A stretch of DNA of 64,000 nt from an uncultured Streptococcus sp. (lineage in GTDB: Bacteria; Bacillota; Bacilli; Lactobacillales; Streptococcaceae): NCBI GenBank assembly GCA_963533195.1, contig CAUSOG010000002.1, forward strand, positions 18,853 through 82,852, given 5' to 3'. Under the pieces are notes generated by a model. It was not told the origin of the DNA and made no database searches. It was given only the letters and a program-made list of their open reading frames with translations. Shown one piece after another: positions 11,495-20,422 of this stretch. Each line of letters opens with the position of its first letter. The stretch's first letter is position 1. The position numbers and the translations under genes are program-made.

Positions 11495-13252
11495 TCAAAT
11501 GCAAGACTCATCACAACAAACTACAAATCCCTTTGGTAAGATGAGAACTTGTTGGTCATCAGTTTGGCAATGACTCACCAAATCAGCTGAATCTCTGTCT
11601 AAAAGATAATTCTCATTCGACTGATTAAAAATGGCTCTGATTGCTTGATGATCATGTTCCCATTCTAAAGCCAGCACATTAGGCTTGATTTCTTCTAGGG
11701 TAAATTTCCCATACTGAATAATGCCCGCAACATCTTTGCGAAGCTGAATCAAGTTCTTCATAAAATTGAGCATATCATTGTTATTGAAAACCCGGTCCCA
11801 AGGCATGACCCGTCTACAATCCGGGTCCATAGCTCCACCCAATTCTAGCTCGGTCCCATAATAGATACAAGGCGTCCCTCTTTGTAAAAAGAGAAAGGCT
11901 AGTGCGGATTTGACAAGCTGGATATCTCCTTGAGCTGTCGTCAAGATGCGCTCCGTATCATGCGAATCCAAGAGATTAAACATAACCTCAGAAATTTGCT
12001 GCTTGTAGTACATGGACTGGCAATTAATCTCAGCTATAAATTGACTGGTCTTCTTGCTCCTACTCAAAAAGTAGTCCTTGATACTATCCGATAGAGGATA
12101 GTTCATGACCGCGTGAAACTCATCTCCATTTAACCAAGGCTGAGAGGTATGCCAAACTTCTCCAAGAATATAAAGGTCAGGCTTTTGGGCCAAAACAGCC
12201 TTACGAAAATCTCGCCAAAATTGATGATCAACCTCATTGGCTACATCCAGTCGCCAAGCATCAATATCAAAATGTTCAATCCAATAGGTCGCAACGCTTA
12301 AAAGATAGTCTTTCACCTCAGGATTTGCCGTGTTTAACTTAGGCATATAGCTGGCAAATGCAAAGGTATGATAAGGCAGTTCTTTTGGATTCACAAGCTT
12401 GTCATTCGTCACTGGGAACTTTTGAATGTGGAACCAGTCTTTGTAAGCTGACTTTTCACCATGCTTGAGAACATCCTGCCATTGAGCGGATTGATCGCCC
12501 ATATGATTGAAAACTGCATCCAGCATGACCTTCATGCCACGCTGATGAGCTTGATCCACCAGTTGACGGAAAGTCTCCTTGTCCCCAAAGTGTCGATCAA
12601 TTTCAAAGTAATCTGTCGTATTGTATTTGTGATTGCTTGACGATTCAAAGATGGGACAGAGGTAAAGCCCTGTAATGCCTAAGTCTTGCAAATAATCCAG
12701 ATGCTCAATAATCCCTTGTAAATCCCCACCAAAGAAATCCATACTTTTAGGTGTGATAGATGAATCCCAATCTAGAGCTCCTTCTGGTGAAAGTTCAGCA
12801 TTCCCATTGGCAAATCGTTCTGGAAAAATCTGATACCAGACCGTTTTTGAAACCCAGTCAGGAACCTGACAACCATCAATTTCGTGAATATAAGGAAGCT
12901 TAAAGCCATTGCCCTCTAAAGCAAGGTTTTCTGGACTTTTGTCAGCGAAACCTTTATCCCCATATAATATGCTCTGGCCTTCTTTATCTCTCAGCTCAAA
13001 CAGATACTGAATCCGAGCAAAGCGCACAGAGACAGCTACTTGCCAATAATCAAATAAGGCATCAGAGGTCACTTTGACCATCTCTTTCACATCTTCATAA
13101 GAATCCTCAAGAAAGATAAAGGGATCGCCATAGTGCAAAACGATTTTCTCTAGATCATCTTTCTTAGTCCTAATTCTGATATGCACTTGACCTTCTTTAT
13201 AAAGATAGGCATACTCCGACTCCGGCCTGTGGTAAATGGCTGTTAATTCCAT
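11495..13252 (-). CDS. GH13 neopullulanase/cyclomaltodextrinase
   Basis: YQIFPERF, DAVFNH, AWRLDVANE, GEVWH, LLDSHD conserved regions. Confidence 0.93.
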   Translation of the reverse strand: MELTAIYHRPESEYAYLYKEGQVHIRIRTKKDDLEKIVLHYGDPFIFLEDSYEDVKEMVKVTSDALFDYWQVAVSVRFARIQYLFELRDKEGQSILYGDKGFADKSPENLALEGNGFKLPYIHEIDGCQVPDWVSKTVWYQIFPERFANGNAELSPEGALDWDSSITPKSMDFFGGDLQGIIEHLDYLQDLGITGLYLCPIFESSSNHKYNTTDYFEIDRHFGDKETFRQLVDQAHQRGMKVMLDAVFNHMGDQSAQWQDVLKHGEKSAYKDWFHIQKFPVTNDKLVNPKELPYHTFAFASYMPKLNTANPEVKDYLLSVATYWIEHFDIDAWRLDVANEVDHQFWRDFRKAVLAQKPDLYILGEVWHTSQPWLNGDEFHAVMNYPLSDSIKDYFLSRSKKTSQFIAEINCQSMYYKQQISEVMFNLLDSHDTERILTTAQGDIQLVKSALAFLFLQRGTPCIYYGTELELGGAMDPDCRRVMPWDRVFNNNDMLNFMKNLIQLRKDVAGIIQYGKFTLEEIKPNVLALEWEHDHQAIRAIFNQSNENYLLDRDSADLVSHCQTDDQQVLILPKGFVVCCDESCI

Positions 13253-13296
13253 ATTTTTATCTCCTAGATTTCTCTATTTAAACTCATCACAACTTT

Positions 13297-13352
13297 ATGC
13301 AAACGATTCCATAATCTAGCCCTAGTATACTATTTTAAAAAAATGATTGCAA
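13297..13352 (-). promoter_or_regulatory. Promoter TTGCAA-N17-TATACT with downstream LacI-family (MalR/cre-like) operator
   Basis: ATGCAAACGATTCCAT at 13297-13312 resembles the MalR site GCAAACGTTTTCC; lies upstream of a maltodextrin enzyme. Confidence 0.6.
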
Positions 13353-13482
13353 GTTGTGGGCTAGTTTATGAGCAGGAGCTTATCTGTGCAAGTTAAAAAG
13401 CCTTGGAGATAAGGCTTAATAGTAGTTTCAATTTTGAGATTTCATTTAATTCTTTTCTTTTTCCAAATTGATATTCCAACCC

Positions 13483-13920
13483 TTATTCAGTATTATTCTT
13501 GTTCATATACCAACTTGGGACTAATCGGTTCATATAATCATACCATTCTAAAATTTCCTTAGCTTGATTTTGCATTACTGATACTTCTTCTTCTCCATAA
13601 GGAATAGCCCATGGAAGAGCTCCAATTAAGTTACTTAGAATGTAAACGGCAAGAAGTTTCCAAAATAAATCTGGAACTTTGTCATCAAAATATCCATTTA
13701 TCATACCTGATGCAAAAGAGGGAGATACTTGAGCTGACCACACAATACGATTGAACTCCTCCCAAGGATCTCCAAAGTCAAAACGATCAAAATCAATCAC
13801 ATAAATCTCACGATCCTCTCCAATCATGAAATTCCCAATATGATAATCACCATGTTGCAAAACTTGGGGTCTATTTTTTAGCAGTTCACGGTTTTCGTTC
13901 AAAAAATCAATGAAGACCTG
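13483..13920 (-). pseudogene. 5'-truncated aminoglycoside-phosphotransferase-family kinase
   Basis: Retains HGDYHIGN and IDFDR motifs; frame reads QVFIDFLNENR back to ~13920, then meets an in-frame TAA; N-lobe absent. Confidence 0.8.
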
Positions 13921-13984
13921 ATGTTAGTATGATTGGAGTTCTGTCAATATTTTGGACACATAGAAAAGGAACAATGTATTCTTA

Positions 13985-15610
13985 CTAAACCAAGTCGTTT
14001 AAGTCGATACATTCATCAAACAAAGATGCTAGTTCATCATTCAAATGATGAGTTACAAATAGTACTGTCTTACCCCTATCTTTTAAAATATCACGTTCGA
14101 TTTCCTTTCGAATTTGTTCGTCAATTGCAGACGTTCCCTCGTCAATAAGCCAGATTGGTTTGTCCTCTAAAAATAACCTTGCTAGCATAATTCGTTGCTT
14201 CTGACCAGTGGAAATATCAAGTTTAGTTTCAGATAAGATAGTATCTAAACCTTGAGGTAATGTATCAATCCAGTCCTTCAAATAGACCCGTTCTAAGACG
14301 CTATCTATATCTGATTTTTGTATACTTTTACCAAGGGTTAAATTGAAAAATAGTGATTCGTTGAATATATGATCATCAGAAGAAATATAGCTTATGCTCT
14401 CTTGTAAATTTGACAATGAACATTTCTCCGAATTATTGCTGATAAAATAAACATTTCCTTTTGTGGGATGTAATTCTTGATTAATTATCTTTAATAATGT
14501 TGATTTACCAATACCTGATTTTCCAATCATTGCATATTTACGATTAGCACAAAACTTCAATGAAAGATCACTAAATATTGATGAGTTGCTTCGTTCTAAC
14601 GATATATTATCTAAGATAATGCTCCCATTTAATTTTCTACCTTCAAGTGGTAACGAATTATCTACTTCTACTTCACGCCATTCACTATCAATATTTTCAA
14701 ACTTTTCAAAAATTTTATTTACTGACTTGAATTCTGCATAGTTTGCAGTTAGACCAGTCAAACCTGCAAAAATTATTGACGAAAAATACTGTGATGAAGA
14801 TACACCTCCCAGAGGGATTAGTTTAAGGAAATAAAGGCAACCTGCATGAATTAAAATAGCGATTTGACTAATAAAACTTGTACCATTTTGAACAGCCATT
14901 AAACCACCTAAAGTTTTAGCATAATTTATTTTTGCAACTGAATACCTATTCGCAAAATTAATAATTTTTGAAGTCATGAAAGAAATCTTATTATTATTCT
15001 TTAAATTCCTATAGCCCGATAATACGTCATCTACCGCTTGAACTAATTCTTCATTTTTTTCGGAAAAAATCAGAGCATTCTTATCCAGTTTTGAAGTAAA
15101 AATTTTTGGTAGTTTTATCATCGTAATAAGGAAAACTGTAATCGTGAACAACAACGAAAAATGAAAACTAAGAAATGCAATAATTGCAAACAATATATTT
15201 AGTGATTGCATTAACATTAGCTCTAATGTTTCAAATCCAAGATCACTTATTGTCTTAATATCATTTGTCATCCATGATAAGTAGGTAGACTTGCTTTTTT
15301 TCTCGTAATTTTCAATCCCTGCTTCTTCTAATTTTAATGAAATATCTTTTCTTATCTCATTACACATGGCTTGAATAGCTTTTTCATTTGCTTTTGAACC
15401 TTGATAAATTTGAACCACCCACAATATATTTACTAACAAAATTGCGGTACTGTAAATAATAAACTCTCTCAAGTTAAAATTTACCAGTGTTGTTATTGCT
15501 CTGGCACTAAGCATTCCATTTAAAAACACACAGAGTGAATTAATAAAAATCCAAAACAGCCAAATTAAATTTTCTTTCTTACATCTAATTAGATATGTCC
15601 TAATATTCAA
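13985..15610 (-). CDS. ABC exporter (TMD+NBD), LanT-like, no C39 peptidase domain
   Basis: N-terminal TM segments, GKSGIGKST, ISTGQKQR signature, LIDEGTS; TTG start overlaps lanC stop. Confidence 0.88.
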   Translation of the reverse strand: MNIRTYLIRCKKENLIWLFWIFINSLCVFLNGMLSARAITTLVNFNLREFIIYSTAILLVNILWVVQIYQGSKANEKAIQAMCNEIRKDISLKLEEAGIENYEKKSKSTYLSWMTNDIKTISDLGFETLELMLMQSLNILFAIIAFLSFHFSLLFTITVFLITMIKLPKIFTSKLDKNALIFSEKNEELVQAVDDVLSGYRNLKNNNKISFMTSKIINFANRYSVAKINYAKTLGGLMAVQNGTSFISQIAILIHAGCLYFLKLIPLGGVSSSQYFSSIIFAGLTGLTANYAEFKSVNKIFEKFENIDSEWREVEVDNSLPLEGRKLNGSIILDNISLERSNSSIFSDLSLKFCANRKYAMIGKSGIGKSTLLKIINQELHPTKGNVYFISNNSEKCSLSNLQESISYISSDDHIFNESLFFNLTLGKSIQKSDIDSVLERVYLKDWIDTLPQGLDTILSETKLDISTGQKQRIMLARLFLEDKPIWLIDEGTSAIDEQIRKEIERDILKDRGKTVLFVTHHLNDELASLFDECIDLNDLV

Positions 15611-16785
15611 CTTATGTCTCCTCTACAATTTATACCAAAAATCTCTTCACCAATAATTCTTCTTTTAAATTTGAGCGATAGAGCAACCAGTGCGATACCA
15701 AGTTTACCATCTAGTATTCCCCATTCGCTATATTCTGATAAAACCTCATTTTCAAAATAGTTTGATTCTATTAATTTTACAAATTCCTCTGATTCATCAG
15801 ACGTAATAACATCACAACACGAATAGAACGTGCCAGACAACCCATGACAAAAACTAACATTATTGGTTTTCTTTCTGCATCTAACTAATCTTTGAGCTTC
15901 ATCCAAAAGCATATTTAAAAGACTATCTTTAATCACATAATCATTATTTTTTAAAAAAATATAATGACCATACAGTCCATAACACCATGAATAATTTATA
16001 GTATCACTAGAATATATTGGAGTTATATTCATTTTTTCGTCTACTGTAATGTATTCCGAAATTCTAAAACTTAAGTTACTAAATCGTTTATAAACATTCT
16101 CAATAAAACTCAAACTATATCTATAAAAATTGATATTAGAGAAATCAAAAAATGTGAGTGAATTAAAAAGCGAAATAATTCCATGCGACATACCAAAATT
16201 TATAGGAATAGCCTCTTTGGAACGATTTTTAAAACTTTGTTGTCCTTCTTCTACTGTTGTCGCTATTTCATAAATTCTCAATTTATCAAAAATTTCTATT
16301 ATTTTTCCCATCAAATCATCCGGGAGACTGAACTGCCGATTATAGTTTTTTAAAGATGTAAAATAGATTAGTCCTCCCGCTAGTCCATAAATTATATCCA
16401 CATTATAGCAACTTTGAAAATCTTCTATCTTATCCTCCACAAAAGTTCTAATGATACTTTCAGCAACTAAATTTAATTCTTGTGATAAATATTCAAATAT
16501 TTTGTTATTTGAATACTTACACCATAAATTTAATACAAAAGCAAAACCTAGCGGACCAGACCATAAGCCTCTATTTTCCCTATTTACAACCAAATTTAGG
16601 TTCATTTTTCGTATTACACTAATAGCAAGTTCTTCGTAGTATATATCCTTATCTATTGAATATAGATTAAGTAGTAACAACAAGTATCCTGAAGCACCAT
16701 TTAGTAGAGAAATATCTTCAAAATTAGAAAAATTCTCTAAACAATCCTTAATTGATATCAATTCTAATTCCGTTTTTTGCCGCAT
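15607..16785 (-). CDS. lanC: Lanthionine cyclase LanC
   Basis: GMSHG, WCYG and FCHG (catalytic His and Zn ligands), repeated GxxG motifs; GAGG RBS inside lanB 3' end. Confidence 0.92.
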   Translation of the reverse strand: MRQKTELELISIKDCLENFSNFEDISLLNGASGYLLLLLNLYSIDKDIYYEELAISVIRKMNLNLVVNRENRGLWSGPLGFAFVLNLWCKYSNNKIFEYLSQELNLVAESIIRTFVEDKIEDFQSCYNVDIIYGLAGGLIYFTSLKNYNRQFSLPDDLMGKIIEIFDKLRIYEIATTVEEGQQSFKNRSKEAIPINFGMSHGIISLFNSLTFFDFSNINFYRYSLSFIENVYKRFSNLSFRISEYITVDEKMNITPIYSSDTINYSWCYGLYGHYIFLKNNDYVIKDSLLNMLLDEAQRLVRCRKKTNNVSFCHGLSGTFYSCCDVITSDESEEFVKLIESNYFENEVLSEYSEWGILDGKLGIALVALSLKFKRRIIGEEIFGINCRGDIS

Positions 16786-19627
16786 TAAGTACCTCTAAAA
16801 TATAGTTTCTATACCTAAATTCTAAATCTAAGTCACCAAATAATCTATTGAAGTGCATATGTAATAGACTATCCGCTAGCTGTTCGTATGGGACTGTTCG
16901 CAGATTTATTATTGATTTCAGTAAATCTTTACACTCTTTATATGATTTCAACCCTTGACATCTAGAATAATAGTTATTATTTCTCAATTCAGACTTTATT
17001 AAGTTAGCTTCAGATTTATCTAATTTATCGGATTTTTGTCGGAAAATAAATTCCTGATTTTCTATTTTATCTAAGAAAAGTTGTAATAAACCTATCGCTA
17101 CATAAACATTAAGACTTTTGAACTCAGTGTTGCTTAAACTTCCTTTTAATTTTAAAATATCTAAACATAACTTAGAATCCACCATAAAGAATTTTTCAAT
17201 TAAGTTATAATTGCCAGCTCCGTATCTTTCATACTCTCTCTCGTAGGGGCAAATAGAATAGTCATCAATGTACTCTAAAGTTAATGCTATACTAATAAAA
17301 GAAAAGACTTCTTGTAGAGAATTAGTACCATTCCCATGAAGATATATCCTCAACCTGATGTGTGGTCTATCATCTTGATACCTTATATAGAACCAATTAG
17401 AAATACTATTTGTTGAAACATAATCAGCTATGTACTCTAAAAGATAATTTTGTAAATTTTTAGAACAATATAATTTAACATAAAACCACCCTTCACCATC
17501 CAAAAGACTTTGAAATCTATCTTTATTATCTATAACAGGATTAATACGGTAATCACTAGCCTTTATATTATTATCAAATAAAGTAACTGTTAATTCAGAA
17601 GCAAATCTACCTTCTGGGGATCTACCATATATAAATCCTAAATCTTCATAAATTTCAATCATCTCCTCCCTTCTAAAGATTTCTTCCAATAATTCCATAT
17701 CTAGACGTCTAGTTATATCTAGGTTCAATATTTGATCATTTATTGCTAAAGCAAACTGACTAGGTACACCGATTCTATTTAAAAATTCCAACAAAGATTC
17801 AGAAGAACTCTCTTTATATAGCTTTTGATACAATGTCCACTTCTCAGGTATAATAATAATATTATTGAAAACAATTCTTTTTTGATGTAAAGGTGATAAT
17901 GATTCTAATTTTGATAAAAAGCCACCTATTCGATCGGTCTGTGAGTTAAGTAAACCTAAAAATTTTATATAATCATTGCTCAAATCTAAGTTCATCATAC
18001 CTCTCATATCCACAATGATTCTATTCCCACTATTATCATGTAAGTAAAATTCATAATTGCTTGATATTCCAACATATACATCTGATAAAGATAAATCCAT
18101 ATCGTTATTCTTATATGTGTTGATAATTATATTATTTTTATAGCGATTCTTATTTGCTGTAACTATATTCTTTATCTTTTTATCTTTGGGATAGTATATG
18201 ATTCCATGAGTAAAAGAGGGAATTTCATTCAACTCTAGAAAATCAAATCGCCCATGATAACCTCTTGGAGTCCTAGAATACGCTGAACGTCCTAACGAAA
18301 ATATAATGTTTTTATCACTACCATATATGTTAAAATTCAAATCGAATCCTCTTATATTTTCATTACGATTTGCATTTTTTAACTTTGCTAAATTAAATAC
18401 TTCTTCTTCATCAAATTCATACAAAGCCTTTAAATCATCTTCCCATAACTTTTCTTCTCTTAGATTTTGATCAATTACAATATCCTTACTAAATGGAGAA
18501 CCTAGTCCTTTAATATCATCAAATAATTCAACAAGATTTACAGACTTATAATAACCATATCGCTCAGAGAATATGTCCTTATATTGTTCAAGCTGGACTC
18601 TGTCTCTACTATAGGACTTATTAAAATCAGACATAACAAAATCCGCAAATTTTGTTATATTTCGAATTTTATCATTTGATAATGAAATTGAGTTTTCAGT
18701 TGATAACTCTTCATTGATTATATATTTTTCAGAAATGTCTATCTCTTGTAATAGATAATCTATTTTTTCTAAAATATCTAGACTTTTACTTTTAGAATAT
18801 GAATCCATTAATTCCAAAAGACTACCTAAGTATTCAATAGATTTTAAATGTTTACGTGATGTCTCTATAAGTCGCAAGACAGTGTCAATATTCATATCAA
18901 GAGGATATATATTGAGAATTATAAGCTTTTGTTTAAGAAGCTCTTTTAGAAAATCTATTACCAACGATTCGGAATATTGCGGGAATTCAGAAGTTAAAAG
19001 AATAATCAAATCTGATAACGTATAACTGTTCTTCGTTAAAGAATCAATAAGCAAGTTTAGCACATCATTTTTGTAAAAGTATAATCTATTTCCCTCACTT
19101 GCATCTTCAATAATCGATGGTAGATAAAAATCAAAAAAGTTTCTTCTATTTTGTGTTGCAGCGTTCAAATAACACTTCAAATAACTTTTTTTAAAATCTA
19201 ATATATCCAATATTTCATAGTAAAAATAATCTAAAATTTCGGGCGCTAAATATATATGACTTCTTGTCTTTCCTAATATTTTTAAACAATCTTGACCTGA
19301 TTTTTTATGTAAACTCGCCTTACCAATCTTTGCAAAACTTCCAAACGGAGTTGCTCTATAGGCTGCTCTTAATATATATTTATAAAGTGATAGACAAATT
19401 TTTCTTTGTTTTTTAATACTATACTTTCTAATATTTTGCAAATTCGAAATAAACACTGGTGAGGCTATATAGATTGCTTTTTTTAATTCTTCGTTTACTA
19501 ATACTTGATTAACCAGATGAATATAATCTTCTTTTACGAAGTAATGGTCTAATTCTGGTATCAATTTCTCTATATCGTTAATATGGAAATTACTTACTCT
19601 TACTATAGCATCATTGGATATTATCAT
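16748..19627 (-). CDS. lanB: Class I lanthipeptide dehydratase LanB
   Basis: 959 aa; YILRAAYRATPFGSFA, WFYIRYQDDRPHIRLR, YEREYERYG, LLHMHFNRLFG. Confidence 0.95.
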   Translation of the reverse strand: MIISNDAIVRVSNFHINDIEKLIPELDHYFVKEDYIHLVNQVLVNEELKKAIYIASPVFISNLQNIRKYSIKKQRKICLSLYKYILRAAYRATPFGSFAKIGKASLHKKSGQDCLKILGKTRSHIYLAPEILDYFYYEILDILDFKKSYLKCYLNAATQNRRNFFDFYLPSIIEDASEGNRLYFYKNDVLNLLIDSLTKNSYTLSDLIILLTSEFPQYSESLVIDFLKELLKQKLIILNIYPLDMNIDTVLRLIETSRKHLKSIEYLGSLLELMDSYSKSKSLDILEKIDYLLQEIDISEKYIINEELSTENSISLSNDKIRNITKFADFVMSDFNKSYSRDRVQLEQYKDIFSERYGYYKSVNLVELFDDIKGLGSPFSKDIVIDQNLREEKLWEDDLKALYEFDEEEVFNLAKLKNANRNENIRGFDLNFNIYGSDKNIIFSLGRSAYSRTPRGYHGRFDFLELNEIPSFTHGIIYYPKDKKIKNIVTANKNRYKNNIIINTYKNNDMDLSLSDVYVGISSNYEFYLHDNSGNRIIVDMRGMMNLDLSNDYIKFLGLLNSQTDRIGGFLSKLESLSPLHQKRIVFNNIIIIPEKWTLYQKLYKESSSESLLEFLNRIGVPSQFALAINDQILNLDITRRLDMELLEEIFRREEMIEIYEDLGFIYGRSPEGRFASELTVTLFDNNIKASDYRINPVIDNKDRFQSLLDGEGWFYVKLYCSKNLQNYLLEYIADYVSTNSISNWFYIRYQDDRPHIRLRIYLHGNGTNSLQEVFSFISIALTLEYIDDYSICPYEREYERYGAGNYNLIEKFFMVDSKLCLDILKLKGSLSNTEFKSLNVYVAIGLLQLFLDKIENQEFIFRQKSDKLDKSEANLIKSELRNNNYYSRCQGLKSYKECKDLLKSIINLRTVPYEQLADSLLHMHFNRLFGDLDLEFRYRNYILEVLNAAKNGIRIDIN

Positions 19628-19641
19628 AAAATCTCTCTCCT

Positions 19642-19713
19642 AAAAAAGTATCTATTCTTAGTTATACAAATAATATATTACTATTTGTTAATAACAAGAA
19701 CAGATACTTTTTT
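19642..19713 (-). terminator. Long hairpin plus U tract between precursor gene and lanB RBS
   Basis: AAAAAAGTATCT.TTCTT.GTTAT..ACAAATA / TATTTGT..ATAAC.AAGAA.AGATACTTTTTT imperfect inverted repeat. Confidence 0.75.
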
Positions 19714-19773
19714 CTTTTTTCTCAATTTACCAGATTGCAATAAATTTTGAAAATCATTTAAAATTGCAATTTT

Positions 19774-19908
19774 TTAATGACAGCTTGGTGTTGAAGAACA
19801 TCCACCTGAACCGCCTGTATGCTTCACTCTCTGTTCTGATTGTCCAATAGACAATGTTTTAGTATCAATTTTAAGTGTTACTAACAACTCGTTTTTTACA
19901 TTTTCCAT
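19774..19908 (-). CDS. Lanthipeptide precursor LanA (44 aa; not in ORF track)
   Basis: AGGAGG RBS; MENVKNELLVTLKIDTKTLSIGQSEQRVKHTGGSGGCSSTPSCH*; Cys-free leader and Ser/Thr/Cys-rich C-terminus; immediately upstream of lanB. Confidence 0.9.
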   Translation of the reverse strand: MENVKNELLVTLKIDTKTLSIGQSEQRVKHTGGSGGCSSTPSCH

Positions 19909-19966
19909 CTGGAATACCTCCTATATTTTTTTAAAACTATGTGAGCAATCTGTTTTCTACCATAGC

Positions 19967-20010
19967 TTTCCACTAAGTATTAATCTGATTACGTTAATAT
20001 TTAGTGGAAA
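19967..20010. repeat. 17-bp inverted repeat between pheromone gene and lanA
   Basis: TTTCCACTAAGTATTAA-N10-TTAATATTTAGTGGAAA, one mismatch. Confidence 0.8.
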
Positions 20011-20055
20011 ACCAGGGGAATAATTTAATTATTACATCTCCCCAATATTTCCTAT

Positions 20056-20184
20056 CTATTTAGTTTGACCATTAGCTGGACCTGGATCAACCCCATTATA
20101 GACTGAAGATCGTGTAATAGGACTCCTTACAAATGCAAAAGAGAGCAACAAAGTAATAATAAAGAATTTAGATAAGCGTTTCAT
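20056..20184 (-). CDS. PhrA-like RRNPP signalling peptide precursor (42 aa; not in ORF track)
   Basis: AAGGAG RBS; MKRLSKFFIITLLLSFAFVRSPITRSSVYNGVDPGPANGQTK*; basic plus hydrophobic signal-like N-terminus; C-terminal NGVDPGPAN parallels PhrA SNGLDVGKAD. Confidence 0.82.
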   Translation of the reverse strand: MKRLSKFFIITLLLSFAFVRSPITRSSVYNGVDPGPANGQTK

Positions 20185-20212
20185 CGTAACTGCTCCTTAA
20201 TTTGTTTTCTCA

Positions 20213-20241
20213 ATTATAGCTCAGTAAAAACATTTTGTCAA
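20213..20241 (-). promoter_or_regulatory. Consensus sigma-A promoter of the pheromone/lan operon
   Basis: TTGACA (20241-20236), 17-nt spacer, TATAAT (20218-20213). Confidence 0.85.
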
Positions 20242-20422
20242 TTATTTTTATAGCTATTTCTTATATTTTTTTTTTTTTTATGCACATATTGCATGTGGAT
20301 TGGTGTGTTAAATCAATTTCGATATACTAAAACGGTGAGTAAGAGAAAAATAGTAAGTAAAGTTTAATATGAGTCTCAATTCATGGGCAACACCACTCTC
20401 ATAAAATACAACAAAAAATCAA

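Noticed and set aside
13483..13920. Aminoglycoside resistance gene or lanthipeptide kinase
   Set aside because: N-terminal ATP-binding lobe is missing; generic APH-family fragment at the island edge
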